Below are positions 15,839 to 25,859 of a stretch of DNA of 64,000 nucleotides, one piece after another (positions within the stretch are counted from its first letter, which is position 1; each line of letters starts with the position of its first letter). This DNA is from Candidatus Micrarchaeota archaeon. Its GTDB lineage: Archaea > Micrarchaeota > Micrarchaeia > Anstonellales > Bilamarchaeaceae. The notes below the pieces were generated by a model. The model made no database searches, was not told the DNA's origin, and saw nothing but the letters and a program-made list of their open reading frames with translations. The position numbers and the translations under genes were made by a program. The DNA lies in NCBI GenBank assembly GCA_014727975.1, contig WJMK01000017.1:3926-67925 (forward strand), read 5' to 3'.

Positions 15839-17905
15839 CTATTCAGCAGTAGATTCTTCCTGTGTCTGTTCAGGTGGCTTTTTTGGATAAGAGACCTGCT
15901 TTTTCCGCTTTTCATTTTCGTTTTTCCACCACAAATAAAGGAAAGATAGGAACTGGAGCAGGGCAACATTCATCATGAAGCAGGGCTCGAGTATCCATAT
16001 GCCGGGAAGGGCAAGCAGCAATGGGATTGCGGATATGATTGCCTTTCTGGACTGGTTGAGGTTTTCCCTCCACTGTATCAGCTTCCAGTTTGCAAGGAAC
16101 AACAGGAGAAGGAATGCCCAGGGGACGAAGAGGTCTGGGAAATCAAATATGTGGATGAATAGCGGGAACTGGCAGGCAGGGCCTTCAACTTCATAGCCTA
16201 CAATAAGCTTAAGTACGCCTTCTCCAACCAGGCGCTCATTTTCATATACCCTGAATGGAACATAGTAGGTGCCGGGCTCGTAATCAGAAGGGACGGAAAC
16301 AAAAAGAAGGGCTTCCTTGGATTCACCATGGTAGATTGGGCTGGGAGTAGTTATTATGGCAAACATGCTGGATTGCAGGCCTTCTGCCTGGAGGCTGGGC
16401 GCATACAGGTAGGCTGTCCCATTCCCGACATTTGTGAGGTTCAGGGTGAAAAAGTCTTGTTCGCCAACCATCATGCCCAGGGTTTCTTCCTCCACCTCTA
16501 TCCATGGCTTGTTTATCGTCAGGTAAAGGTTGGCCATTGTGGAAAGCATCAGGCTCGGGCCATTTTCTGGCTTTCCCACGCATTGGATACGGCCTTCGTA
16601 GTCCCCATCGTAATCTAGGATTTCGGTTGGGGGCATCTCCACTATGATTTTGCCGGTTATGGTTGAATTGTCAGGGATTTCGGTGGATTCGAGTTCAACA
16701 CGCGCATACTCTGCAAAATCAGCATCAATAAAGCACTCAACATCATTTAGCGCAGTTGTGGAATAAAGGGTGAAATTTGCCTCTCCTGGAAGAGGATAAT
16801 TAATTATTATGTCAATGTCCTCTGGATTTATGGAAAAATGCTCATATGCGGGGGGGACATAAGGAGGGGGCTCAACCGGCTCTTCCGGGGGAATGCCTAT
16901 GTGCGGGCCCCCGGGCCCGCTTGGGGGGGAAGGTGGCCTCTCCCCAACCCTGAAGGTTACCGAGTCAGACCCTACCTGCCCTTCGCTGTCATTTGCATAT
17001 AGCTCAAGCGTATGGGTGCCGTCTTCCACAATGAGTATATACGGTATTGTGCAGTCAGGCATGTCCGTCCTTTGCCCATCAAGGAGGTACCAGCAGGAAT
17101 CCAGAGGATAGTAAGAATAAATCGTATATGTGAAGGGGATTTGGTTTATGGTGTATCCCGTCTCTTCAGGAGAAAGGATTGTGACCATGGGCGGGAAATT
17201 GCCCGGGCCTATTCCGTTTATGTGGATTACGTATCCGCTTGTGTATCCGCCCAGTGAAAGAACAACAGAATCATTTATGGAAGTGATTGCAGTGTCGATG
17301 GTTTCAAGCGTATCATCAGGAAGGGTGCCAACAACAAGGTAATCTACATCAGGGATTATGGGCGAGCCGCCATCATCAAGGGCTTCTGTAACTGTGATGT
17401 TGACTGTATTCCCTGTGCGGTTTTCCACAACAGTATAGTTGCCTGCAAGCCAGCCGTTTGTGGGAAGGAGCTTGACCCTCTCCGGGCTGGAGAGGTCTTC
17501 GGAATCAGAAATGAAAACAAAGGGGATGGAAGGATACCATGCCCTGAAGCTCGAGAGGTCCAGGGGAAGGTAAACACAGTTGGTTGGGGGCACCGAAGTT
17601 ATCTGCAGGGGGTAATGGGATATCTCTAGGTAGTCCCCGGGATTAATCCCGTCTGCATACGCCATTGCGACCCATTTTTCCTGGAGCTCTGCTGCGGTGT
17701 CTGCACAGAGCCTTAACTCTGCATCCGGGTTTTCCAGGGAATTGTCTGCATATGAGTAAGAGCCATTCTGGGGGCCCCAGCCCTGGGCAGAATAATCATC
17801 ATAAACAAGATTGATGACAGAATGGTTGTTTGCATCCACTATGTATGGGTAATAGTAGGAAAAGGAAAGGGAAAGCAGCGCTAGCAAAAATAAAATGCGC
17901 TTCAT
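15839..17905 (-). CDS. membrane-anchored surface protein (688 aa), paralogous N-domain, Pro-rich linker, about 3 C-terminal TMs
   Basis: Signal MKRILFLLALLSLSFS. Its N-domain is shared with the upstream 565-aa protein. Contains an Ig-like segment (LDG...GTHTLELYANDSEG) and the linker PPSPPSGPGGPHIGIPPEEPVEPPPYVPP. The C-terminus is hydrophobic. Confidence 0.65.
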   Translation of the reverse strand: MKRILFLLALLSLSFSYYYPYIVDANNHSVINLVYDDYSAQGWGPQNGSYSYADNSLENPDAELRLCADTAAELQEKWVAMAYADGINPGDYLEISHYPLQITSVPPTNCVYLPLDLSSFRAWYPSIPFVFISDSEDLSSPERVKLLPTNGWLAGNYTVVENRTGNTVNITVTEALDDGGSPIIPDVDYLVVGTLPDDTLETIDTAITSINDSVVLSLGGYTSGYVIHINGIGPGNFPPMVTILSPEETGYTINQIPFTYTIYSYYPLDSCWYLLDGQRTDMPDCTIPYILIVEDGTHTLELYANDSEGQVGSDSVTFRVGERPPSPPSGPGGPHIGIPPEEPVEPPPYVPPAYEHFSINPEDIDIIINYPLPGEANFTLYSTTALNDVECFIDADFAEYARVELESTEIPDNSTITGKIIVEMPPTEILDYDGDYEGRIQCVGKPENGPSLMLSTMANLYLTINKPWIEVEEETLGMMVGEQDFFTLNLTNVGNGTAYLYAPSLQAEGLQSSMFAIITTPSPIYHGESKEALLFVSVPSDYEPGTYYVPFRVYENERLVGEGVLKLIVGYEVEGPACQFPLFIHIFDFPDLFVPWAFLLLLFLANWKLIQWRENLNQSRKAIISAIPLLLALPGIWILEPCFMMNVALLQFLSFLYLWWKNENEKRKKQVSYPKKPPEQTQEESTAE

Positions 17906-19599
17906 GTTGGATCCACCAGCTTCTTGGTGATTGAGTATACCTCGTACATCCAGTCATAGATGTCAAAGATGTAGGTATTCTTGTTTATTACGTCCTTGTC
18001 GTTTGTCCAGCCTGGCCCAACACAAGTTTTGTTTGGTACCAGCAGTGGGTAGTCTTCTATCTCTGAGCCATTGTATGCAAAATCTATTGGATTCGAGCCG
18101 CCGCTGTGGTAGCCGTTCACTATTACTGAATAATCCCCTACGTTCGGGGTTAGGTTTACCGGGGATCCAGGAGAATAGAACTTATTGCAAGTCGGTATCA
18201 GAGTAACCGTAACATAACCGGAAGAATTGCCCGTAGCTGTACCCTTTGATTCGCTGCTAAGGCCCCTGGGGGTGGCCCCGTCAGTCCAGGTCTGTATTGG
18301 GGCAAATGGGTTGAGCCCGTTGGTTTCAGTTATCTCATACCTTGCATTCGGGACTTCGTCTCCGTTGGAATTGTTTATGTAGAATGTTACGTTGTAGGGG
18401 CGGCCCCATTCAGGGAAAACATTGGTATAATTTCCGTCTATCCAAACATGGAGGTACCATACTGGGGAGATTGAAATTGTGGCGGTCCCAAGATTGTCTG
18501 CCTTGGAGCATTCTGCAATCTGGTTTGTGGAATCTGCATAACCCCTCAGGTTTACGTTACCTGCAAGGCCGGTTGCATTGAATATGTAATTCCGGGTGGT
18601 TGAGCCTCCCCCGGAAGCCAGGTCTTCTGTAATTGGATAATTGACAGTGTCAGAATATCCTGAGCCGGAAACATTGAACTGCAGCACAAAATCAGTTGTA
18701 ACATTCACATTTCCGGCATTGGTAATGGTTATTGTTACGTTGCTGCTGCCTCCATAGGGAATGGAGCCAGGGCTTGGGGAAACAGTAGTGCGCAGGTTGG
18801 CCCCTATGCAGATGGGGTCTCCCAGGCCGTCAACAACCACGTAGCGGTTGTGGACGTGCTGGTCATCTACTGTGCCCACAAGGGAAAGGCCCACAGGGAG
18901 GTCTGAAGAATCATTTGCGATTACTGCATCATCGCACTCGTTCCCGAAATCATCATCACAGAGGGCAATGAGCATACTGCGCCCTGTTGTGCTGTTCAGG
19001 CCCCAGTCCGCAGCCCCTGGTCCCCTTGTAATAGAGCCAAGCTCAGTCTGGAAAGTGATTGAATTTACATTGGCATTGACAAGCCCGGTTGCCTGGCTGA
19101 ACGAGCGGGAGACAGAATAGCTTCCCTCAAGCCACCCATCTGCATAATCAACAGGCACCAGGTCAGGGGAACCGGTGCCATCAGAATTATCAGAGATTAA
19201 TGCATGGATCCTCCCAGGAAAGGCGGAAACAAAAACAGGAGGCGTCCGGGTAGAGTCCTTGAACTGGGAAAATGCAAAAGAATCAACAGGAGTGTAGTAG
19301 CAGGGGCCTGTGCCAATAGAAGTGTAAACCATGGTGTTCGTTGAGCCTGAAGTGAGATTCTTGCTTATTGGAACCATTATCCAGGTTCCGCTCACATTGG
19401 CAGTGTAAGCAGCGGCGATATACTTCTGCCCCTCATTGCAGAGCTCAAGGGCAAAATCAGGGTTGTTTCCGAAAGTGTCCACATACACCTTGAAGGCGGC
19501 AGAGGATTCTACATTGGTGGTTACGTTGCTTGCATCCACTATGCTTGCAGATGCGAAAAGAAGCGGAAGGCAAAACAGGAATATTGCTATTTTTTTCAT
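17902..19599 (-). CDS. secreted protein (565 aa) with CARDB-like domain
   Basis: Signal MKKIAIFLFCLPLLFASA. CARDB-like segment (NVTITITNAGNVNVTTDFVLQFNVSG...ECSKADN). Many N-x-S/T sites. Its 3' end overlaps the start of the downstream gene (15839..17905) by 4 nt. Confidence 0.65.
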   Translation of the reverse strand: MKKIAIFLFCLPLLFASASIVDASNVTTNVESSAAFKVYVDTFGNNPDFALELCNEGQKYIAAAYTANVSGTWIMVPISKNLTSGSTNTMVYTSIGTGPCYYTPVDSFAFSQFKDSTRTPPVFVSAFPGRIHALISDNSDGTGSPDLVPVDYADGWLEGSYSVSRSFSQATGLVNANVNSITFQTELGSITRGPGAADWGLNSTTGRSMLIALCDDDFGNECDDAVIANDSSDLPVGLSLVGTVDDQHVHNRYVVVDGLGDPICIGANLRTTVSPSPGSIPYGGSSNVTITITNAGNVNVTTDFVLQFNVSGSGYSDTVNYPITEDLASGGGSTTRNYIFNATGLAGNVNLRGYADSTNQIAECSKADNLGTATISISPVWYLHVWIDGNYTNVFPEWGRPYNVTFYINNSNGDEVPNARYEITETNGLNPFAPIQTWTDGATPRGLSSESKGTATGNSSGYVTVTLIPTCNKFYSPGSPVNLTPNVGDYSVIVNGYHSGGSNPIDFAYNGSEIEDYPLLVPNKTCVGPGWTNDKDVINKNTYIFDIYDWMYEVYSITKKLVDPT

Positions 19600-19601
19600 T
19601 A

Positions 19602-21173
19602 TTACACCGTAGATATCGACTTTCCAATGTTGGAAAGCACCTGGTTGATGTTCTGTAGCGCAGAAGCTATTAAAGCATTTGTAGCAGTGTCCATTGTCGG
19701 CTCTGAGGAAGTCGGGGGCTCAAGCAGTGAATCAACTGCAAAGGTAAGGGTTGCTATGTTGCTCCCCCCATATTCCACAAAGACCGTAAGGTTTGCATCA
19801 TTGTTGTAGCGGGTCGGGATAAGTATGAATGTTTCGTTGCTTGGGAAGGGCCCGGTGTTGTTGTAAAGGGATTTCTCAGGCTGGAGAGGAACAAAAATTA
19901 TGAATCCGTCTGTTTCCTGGACCGTAAGGTTCGCAGTGACCGGAACCCCGCCGTTGGTTACGGTTATGTTGAATATGTTCGGGGCACCTGCCTTAAGGGT
20001 GGGGGAGCCGGTCACGCCCCCAAGGGTGGTCACATTTACAGATGCACCACGGTACTTGCCTGCATAAATCCAGGTGCTTGCAGTTGTTGCAAGCTGGTTC
20101 ATGTTCTGCACAGATGACTTTACCTGGCTTTCATAAGAGGGATTTACAAGTGAGGAGCGATAGGTGGGGGTAAGGGAGTCATATGTTGCAATGGAAAGAT
20201 TTATCCTGCAATAAGACGGGCTGGTAACTTCTGCATATATCTCATGGCCATATGGATCCGGGACATTGTAGCGGGTAGGGGAAAGCGCAAAAACAGCATT
20301 CCCTGCTGCATTTGTTTCCATCAATGCCCTTCCAACATAATCCCTGCCAGGGTAAAGATTTGGGTAAAGGATATTGCGCCCGTTGGTTTCAACCACATTG
20401 ACAACTGCGTGGTCGATTGGTGCGGTGGAGTTTTCATATGTTACCAGAAACTCCACATCATAGGGAACTGCGGTTTTTGGGAAAACATCTGTTGGCACCC
20501 CATCTATCAGCACAGATATCTCGCACTCTTCCGGATAAACGTAGAAAAGGTAGTGGTCTTCCTTTGGGACCATATACTGGAAATCAAAATATGTGCCATT
20601 GTAGCCAAGGACGGTGGAGATATTGGTAACGAATACCGGCTCCTGATGAGTCCCATTGTCGAACTTGAGCACCCCAAGGAAAGAATGGTTTTGCAGGTAG
20701 ATGTAAGCACAGGAATAGGTTACTGCACCAATGGTGCAGGGGGCGGTTGCAAGGGGGTCTGCAAAGGTGCGGAGGGGGCTATCTGAAAAGGTGGAAAAAT
20801 TAAGGCCGCTGAATGCGCTAAAGGAGCTGAACATTCCGGTGGAATTGAAATCAGATGCAGCAGGGGAATAAACGTCAGAAAGGTATGGCTTGTTGCTTAT
20901 GCGGTCAGAAACCACAATCATTGATTCATTATAGTATGTGCCATTGGGGTAGTTAAGGTAAAATGTATCCGGGGGGCCCACAGTTTGGTTGGATATTGAG
21001 AGATTAGGGTCTGATGGGGAAAAAGGGTCCATCCATCCGACTATCCCTGACCAGTAATGGGTGAGCTCCTGCCCGCCCAAATCAGTATAGGATATGTTGC
21101 CGCCTTCTATATTTACATCGTCTGCAAGGGACAGGGAGGTCGCTAAGAGGAGCGCCAGCAGCAGGTTCCTCAT
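19602..21173 (-). CDS. secreted protein (523 aa), first gene of the surface-protein operon
   Basis: Signal MRNLLLALLLATSLSLA. Sequon-rich. Shares a beta-domain with the 565-aa protein (VLIDGVPTDVFPKTAVPYDVEF...VVETNG versus VWIDGNYTNVFPEWGRPYNVTF...ITETNG). Confidence 0.65.
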   Translation of the reverse strand: MRNLLLALLLATSLSLADDVNIEGGNISYTDLGGQELTHYWSGIVGWMDPFSPSDPNLSISNQTVGPPDTFYLNYPNGTYYNESMIVVSDRISNKPYLSDVYSPAASDFNSTGMFSSFSAFSGLNFSTFSDSPLRTFADPLATAPCTIGAVTYSCAYIYLQNHSFLGVLKFDNGTHQEPVFVTNISTVLGYNGTYFDFQYMVPKEDHYLFYVYPEECEISVLIDGVPTDVFPKTAVPYDVEFLVTYENSTAPIDHAVVNVVETNGRNILYPNLYPGRDYVGRALMETNAAGNAVFALSPTRYNVPDPYGHEIYAEVTSPSYCRINLSIATYDSLTPTYRSSLVNPSYESQVKSSVQNMNQLATTASTWIYAGKYRGASVNVTTLGGVTGSPTLKAGAPNIFNITVTNGGVPVTANLTVQETDGFIIFVPLQPEKSLYNNTGPFPSNETFILIPTRYNNDANLTVFVEYGGSNIATLTFAVDSLLEPPTSSEPTMDTATNALIASALQNINQVLSNIGKSISTV

Positions 21174-21250
21174 GGGAGGTATAACTACCGCATAATTTAT
21201 AAATAAAATATGTGCTTATAATTAGCAGGAATAATGAAAGGTGGATAGTT

Positions 21251-21925
21251 ATGGGTTCTAGAGAATTAGAAATGCCTGGGAAGACAGGCGAAGTTGAAGT
21301 GCTTAAACTGCCTGGGGAAAAGAAGGTACTTAGGCAGTTCGATCGGGCAATGAAGAAGGCAATTAAAGACTTTACTAATGTGGGAAGAGCATCGTTGGAA
21401 AAAAAGGGAGGTGTCCCCACAAATAAAAAGTTGGAAAACATTGCAAAAGACCTTGGGTACTGGAATGATGAAGAGGGTAAGATTGATGATATTAATGAGT
21501 TCATGGCAAAGGTGCAGAAAATCTTGATTGGAGCACATAACGGCATAAAGACTACTGTCCCTGCGCTGTACAAAGAAGTTTCTTCAAAAAACAGGCCCTG
21601 TAGTGCACAGGCATATGCCAATACTGATCACATTGGTATTGATGCAGGGACACTCAAAAAAACGCTTGAGATATTCAATAAATTTTTCAACCAAAAATAT
21701 GGTATAGAGCACAGGACAGGAGGGGAGGAGCATGGGACAGGGGAAAAGGGGAGGGTCCCGATTACCCTGAAAGACGTTTCAATAGATGAGGATACAGAAG
21801 GCATACGCTGGGCTACAGTAGAGCTGGATTGGAGCGATGACAGGTATTTCAAAGAAACACAGGATTACGCTGCATTGGTCCCTAAAAAAAAAGAACCTTC
21901 TGAATTCCGGAAAAAGCATGCATAA
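21251..21925 (+). CDS. hypothetical protein (orphan), immediately upstream of lhr
   Basis: ORF with ATG at 21251 (MGSRELEMPG...). By eye it is more AT-rich than its neighbours. A 5-nt gap separates it from lhr. No family recognised. Confidence 0.5.
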   Translation: MGSRELEMPGKTGEVEVLKLPGEKKVLRQFDRAMKKAIKDFTNVGRASLEKKGGVPTNKKLENIAKDLGYWNDEEGKIDDINEFMAKVQKILIGAHNGIKTTVPALYKEVSSKNRPCSAQAYANTDHIGIDAGTLKKTLEIFNKFFNQKYGIEHRTGGEEHGTGEKGRVPITLKDVSIDEDTEGIRWATVELDWSDDRYFKETQDYAALVPKKKEPSEFRKKHA

Positions 21926-21930
21926 CTCTC

Positions 21931-24465
21931 ATGAAAAAAACCATTTCAGAGCTTTACAGGGAACGCTTTCCCGAGGCCACTGCGGTGCAGAAGAAGGCGA
22001 TTCCGCTTATTCTTTCCGGGAAAAATACCCTAGTGGTTGCTCCCACAGGTAGCGGCAAGACTGAGGCTGCTGTGCTGCCGGTGCTTGAAAAAATTCACGG
22101 GGAAGCGGGGATTGCTGCATTATACATAACGCCACTGCGTGCATTGAATAGGGACATCTGCAAAAGAGTGGAATGGTGGGCTGAGCACGCAGGCATCAGC
22201 CATGCGGTAAGGCATGGGGACACGCCGCAAAGCGAAAGGGCGAAGCAAAGCAGGAAACCGCCACAGCTGCTGATTATTACTCCTGAAACGCTGCAGGCAA
22301 TTCTTGTGGGGAAGGTATTGAGGAAGCATCTTGCAAATGTGAAATACGTAATTGTGGATGAACTGCATGAACTGGTGGACAACAAAAGGGGAGCGCAGCT
22401 TTCAATGGCTTTGGAGAGGCTTGGGGTGGTTGCGGATTTCCAGAGGATTGGGGTAAGCGCAACAATTTCGGATGAGCAGGAGGCAGGGAAACTGCTGTGC
22501 GGAGTGGGGAGGAAATTTGAGGTTGCTGCAGGGGGGAAAAGAAGGAAGATGGACATTTCTGTGGTAAAAAGCTATGGGGGGGAAGAAAAGGCATTTGAAA
22601 AGCTTATTGGGATGATCGGGGACAAGCAGCGCATACTTTTTGTGAACACACGGAGCACTGCGGAAGCCATGGCAACTTACCTGAACCTGAAAACAAAGGA
22701 AATCGATGTGCACCATGGATCGCTTGCTGCAGGGCTGAGAATTAACACAGAAAAGGAATTCAAGAAAGGAAAAGTGCATACGCTTATTGCTACCTCTTCG
22801 CTTGAGCTGGGGCTGGACATCGGGGGGATTGATGAAGTGATACAGTTTGGATCCCCTAGGCAGGTTGCAAGAATGGTGCAGCGGGTAGGGAGAAGCGGGC
22901 ACGGGGTTGGAAGGCTTCCTGTGGGCAAGATCATTGCAGGGGATATTGACGATTACCTTGAGGCGAAGGCAATCGTAGACAAGTGGGGGGAGGGGTACCT
23001 GGAAAAAAGGGAGGCTGTGAGGGGGGCGATGGATGTTGTGGGCCACCAGGTTGTGGGGATGCTGATGGACAATGGAAAAATGAAGCAGGAAAAGATATTC
23101 AGGGTGCTTAGCAGGGCCTACTCTTTTGGGCTGGATAAAGAAGGATTTGAGAAAGTAGTAGAGCAGCTCTGGAGGGAGAAGCTGGTGCTCATTGAATATG
23201 GGAACCTGATCTTGAGGAGATACGGGAGGGAATATTATTTCTACAACCTGACAACAATTCCAAAGGAGAGGAAATTCAAGCTGAGGGACAGGATTACCAA
23301 CAGGATTATCGCCTCCCTAGATGAAGTATTTGTAGTGAACCTTGCACCTGGGGAAACATTCTCATCAAAAGGGAAAGTATGGACAGTTGTTGAGATTGAG
23401 GCAGATGAGCTGATTGCGGAGCCTGCAATGGGCTTTGACTTTGTGATTCCGGATTGGGTGGGAGAAGAGATTCCAGTTGAGTGGGAAGTTGCGAGGGAGG
23501 TTGCGAAGCTCAGGGAAAAGGAAGTGAAGCTGGCTCCTAAAAAGAACGAGATTTACCTGGAGATTGTGGATGATGTAGCTGTAGTGCATTCATGCTTCGG
23601 GAACAGGGTAAACGATTTGTTTGCAAGGATATTTGCAAAGAAACTGGGCGAGAGGCTAAAGTTTGAGGTAATTGCAGTTGCTGATCCGTACAGGGTAATG
23701 CTGAAGTTCCCTTACCCTGTTGCAGAAGAATGGATAGAGGGAATATTTGAGATGGGGGATGTGGGCGTTGAGGCTGAAAGGGCACTGGAAGGCTCTTCGC
23801 TGCTTAGGATGAGTTTCCTGCATGTGGGTAGGCTGTTTGGGTTATTTGGGGAAAATGCAGAGGTAAGCAGCAAGATGGTAAGGTTCATGCGGGAAAGCCC
23901 GGTGTACGAAGAGGCTGTAGAGGCAGTATTCAGAAGGAGGCTGGACATAGAGGGGGCAGAAAAGGTTGTGGAAGGGATTAGAAAGGGGAAATACAGGCTG
24001 AGGGTGGAAAAAAGGAAACGTCTCTCTATGCTTGGAAGGGTCGGGGTCGGGAGGCTGAGCAGGGGAGATGCAATGGGAGCATTCGAGCCAAGGGAATCAA
24101 TGATACGGCTGTTCAGGGAAGAGCTGGAAAACAAGAAGGTAACGCTGAAGTGCCTGAATTGCGGGGCAATTCGGATTACAACGGCAGGAAAAGTTGAGGA
24201 GGGCCCAAAATGCCACAAGTGCAGGCGACAGGCCCTTGCACCCATGATGAAGCATGCAACAAAAGAGGAAGAGAAGTACATGACAGGGATACTCAGGGCA
24301 TATGGGAAGAGGGGGCTTTATGCACTACTTGTATATGGGGTGGGGGCAAAAACTGCAGACAGGGTGCTGAGGAGGCTGCACAGGGACGAAGAGTCGTTCT
24401 TTTTGGATTTGATAGAAGAGCAGAAAAAATTCATAAAAAACAAGAAATACTGGAGCGTGAGGTAG
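21931..24465 (+). CDS. lhr: Lhr-like ATP-dependent DEAD/DEAH-box helicase
   Basis: AVQKKAIPLILSGKNTLVVAPTGSGKTEAA, VIVDELHELV, SATI, and helicase C motifs (LIATSSLELGLDIG, QRVGRSGH). C-terminal Cys4 ribbon (CLNCG...CHKC). Confidence 0.9.
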   Translation: MKKTISELYRERFPEATAVQKKAIPLILSGKNTLVVAPTGSGKTEAAVLPVLEKIHGEAGIAALYITPLRALNRDICKRVEWWAEHAGISHAVRHGDTPQSERAKQSRKPPQLLIITPETLQAILVGKVLRKHLANVKYVIVDELHELVDNKRGAQLSMALERLGVVADFQRIGVSATISDEQEAGKLLCGVGRKFEVAAGGKRRKMDISVVKSYGGEEKAFEKLIGMIGDKQRILFVNTRSTAEAMATYLNLKTKEIDVHHGSLAAGLRINTEKEFKKGKVHTLIATSSLELGLDIGGIDEVIQFGSPRQVARMVQRVGRSGHGVGRLPVGKIIAGDIDDYLEAKAIVDKWGEGYLEKREAVRGAMDVVGHQVVGMLMDNGKMKQEKIFRVLSRAYSFGLDKEGFEKVVEQLWREKLVLIEYGNLILRRYGREYYFYNLTTIPKERKFKLRDRITNRIIASLDEVFVVNLAPGETFSSKGKVWTVVEIEADELIAEPAMGFDFVIPDWVGEEIPVEWEVAREVAKLREKEVKLAPKKNEIYLEIVDDVAVVHSCFGNRVNDLFARIFAKKLGERLKFEVIAVADPYRVMLKFPYPVAEEWIEGIFEMGDVGVEAERALEGSSLLRMSFLHVGRLFGLFGENAEVSSKMVRFMRESPVYEEAVEAVFRRRLDIEGAEKVVEGIRKGKYRLRVEKRKRLSMLGRVGVGRLSRGDAMGAFEPRESMIRLFREELENKKVTLKCLNCGAIRITTAGKVEEGPKCHKCRRQALAPMMKHATKEEEKYMTGILRAYGKRGLYALLVYGVGAKTADRVLRRLHRDEESFFLDLIEEQKKFIKNKKYWSVR

Positions 24466-25728
24466 CTAAAGGTCGATTGTATCCCCGTTCTTGGGTGCAA
24501 CCGCATCAAAGCCCATCCCTGCAAGCTCCTGGGCAAAACCAGGTGTATCGTCCCCATGGTTGAGTATTATCTTTTCCGGGTTGACTTTCTTCACAAAATC
24601 GACTAGCCCGGAGTGGCCAACATGGGCACTGAAATCCAGGTAGTCTGCAGGCACGGAAACCTCAAGCTCATATCCATCAACAAGGGCCTTACTCTGATTC
24701 AGTATCCTCCAGCCATTTGTGCCTTCAACATTATAGCCTGTGAAAATGAGGCGGGATGCAGGGTTGAGGTGCTGGAGGTACCTTAATGCAGGGCCGCCCT
24801 CCATCATCCCTGCGGTGGAAACAATTATGCTGGGCTCTGCAGTTGCATCCTTCTTGTCCCTAATGCTATCTGCAAAAATAGTTTCTTGGGCAGCTTCCCG
24901 GAATGACTTGGGGTCGCGTATGTAATCATCGTTGTTTAGGTAGATGTTGGTTACTGCCTTGGACATTCCGTCAAGAAATACTGGTATGCCACGAAGGCGC
25001 GAATGGAGCACAGAAAGCAGTTCCTGGGAGCGCCCAACTGCAAACGCAGGAAGCAGCACTGTCCCCCCAAGGTCGATTGTTTCCTCTATTGTGGAGATAA
25101 GCTTTTTCTCAAGCTCCTCCCTGTTGGGGTGCTCGCGGTTGCTGTAGGTACTTTCCAGGATAAGATAGTCTGCCTCTTCTGGGGGCACTGCTCCCTTGTG
25201 CATACGCGTGTCCCCCATCTTGAAATCTCCGGAATAGAGGAGCGTCTTTCCATTATGCTTTGCCTTGACCATAGCAGAGCCAAGGATATGGCCTGCGTCA
25301 TGCAGAGAATAGTCGGTGTCGCCAAGCGAAAGAACCTGCTCGTAAAGAAGGGGCGCATAGCGGTTTTCCGCACGGTTTACATGCATCTCCTGGTAGGGGG
25401 AATCCTCCCCCATTATTTTAAGGGAGTCTGCCCAGAGCAGGGAAGCAATCTCCATTGTGGGCGGAGTCCCGAACCAGTGGACAGGCGGGCGTGTGTAAAG
25501 CTCAGGGATGCAGCCGCTGTGGTCCAAGTGGGCATGGGAAAGGACCATTGCATCTATGTCCCCTTGGTAAGGCAGGGGCATCAGGTTTTGCTTTTTTGGA
25601 TTCTGCCTGGAATAAATTTTCAAGCCATAATCAAAAAGGGTGCGCTGGTCTGTTTCTACAAGGAAGCAACTCCTTCCAACTTCCTGGCAGGACCCAAGGC
25701 AATGCACTCGCATGGGAGAGGTATCCAT
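24466..25728 (-). CDS. beta-CASP metallo-beta-lactamase RNase (aCPSF2-like)
   Basis: The HxHxDH motif (SHAHLDHSG) plus beta-CASP-like C-terminal motifs, with a length of about 420 aa. The start may be Met6 (25713). Confidence 0.85.
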   Translation of the reverse strand: MDTSPMRVHCLGSCQEVGRSCFLVETDQRTLFDYGLKIYSRQNPKKQNLMPLPYQGDIDAMVLSHAHLDHSGCIPELYTRPPVHWFGTPPTMEIASLLWADSLKIMGEDSPYQEMHVNRAENRYAPLLYEQVLSLGDTDYSLHDAGHILGSAMVKAKHNGKTLLYSGDFKMGDTRMHKGAVPPEEADYLILESTYSNREHPNREELEKKLISTIEETIDLGGTVLLPAFAVGRSQELLSVLHSRLRGIPVFLDGMSKAVTNIYLNNDDYIRDPKSFREAAQETIFADSIRDKKDATAEPSIIVSTAGMMEGGPALRYLQHLNPASRLIFTGYNVEGTNGWRILNQSKALVDGYELEVSVPADYLDFSAHVGHSGLVDFVKKVNPEKIILNHGDDTPGFAQELAGMGFDAVAPKNGDTIDL

Positions 25729-25766
25729 AAAAAAGGATTAATAGGGGTGGGTTGGCTGACGGTAGG

Positions 25767-25782
25767 TGTAACCATGGTTACA
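25767..25782. promoter_or_regulatory. perfect 16-bp palindrome TGTAACCATGGTTACA (copy 1 of 4)
   Basis: Read directly from the sequence. Lies in the divergent intergenic region between the beta-CASP RNase (-) and acdB (+). Confidence 0.9.
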
Positions 25783-25829
25783 AAGAAGCCGTGCAAATCC
25801 CTCACAATTTAGGCAAAAACACCGGCGAC

Positions 25830-25839
25830 TTTAAATTTA
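25830..25839 (+). promoter_or_regulatory. TATA-like box for the acdB-acdA operon
   Basis: TTTAAATTTA is centred about 26 nt upstream of ATG 25860, which suggests a leaderless transcript. Confidence 0.5.
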
Positions 25840-25859
25840 TTGTAGGATTAAACTGGAGC

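Noticed and set aside
25003-25812. 269-aa plus-strand ORF opposite the beta-CASP RNase
   Set aside because: It is antisense to a gene with clear metallo-beta-lactamase motifs, and it runs through the palindrome and promoter region.
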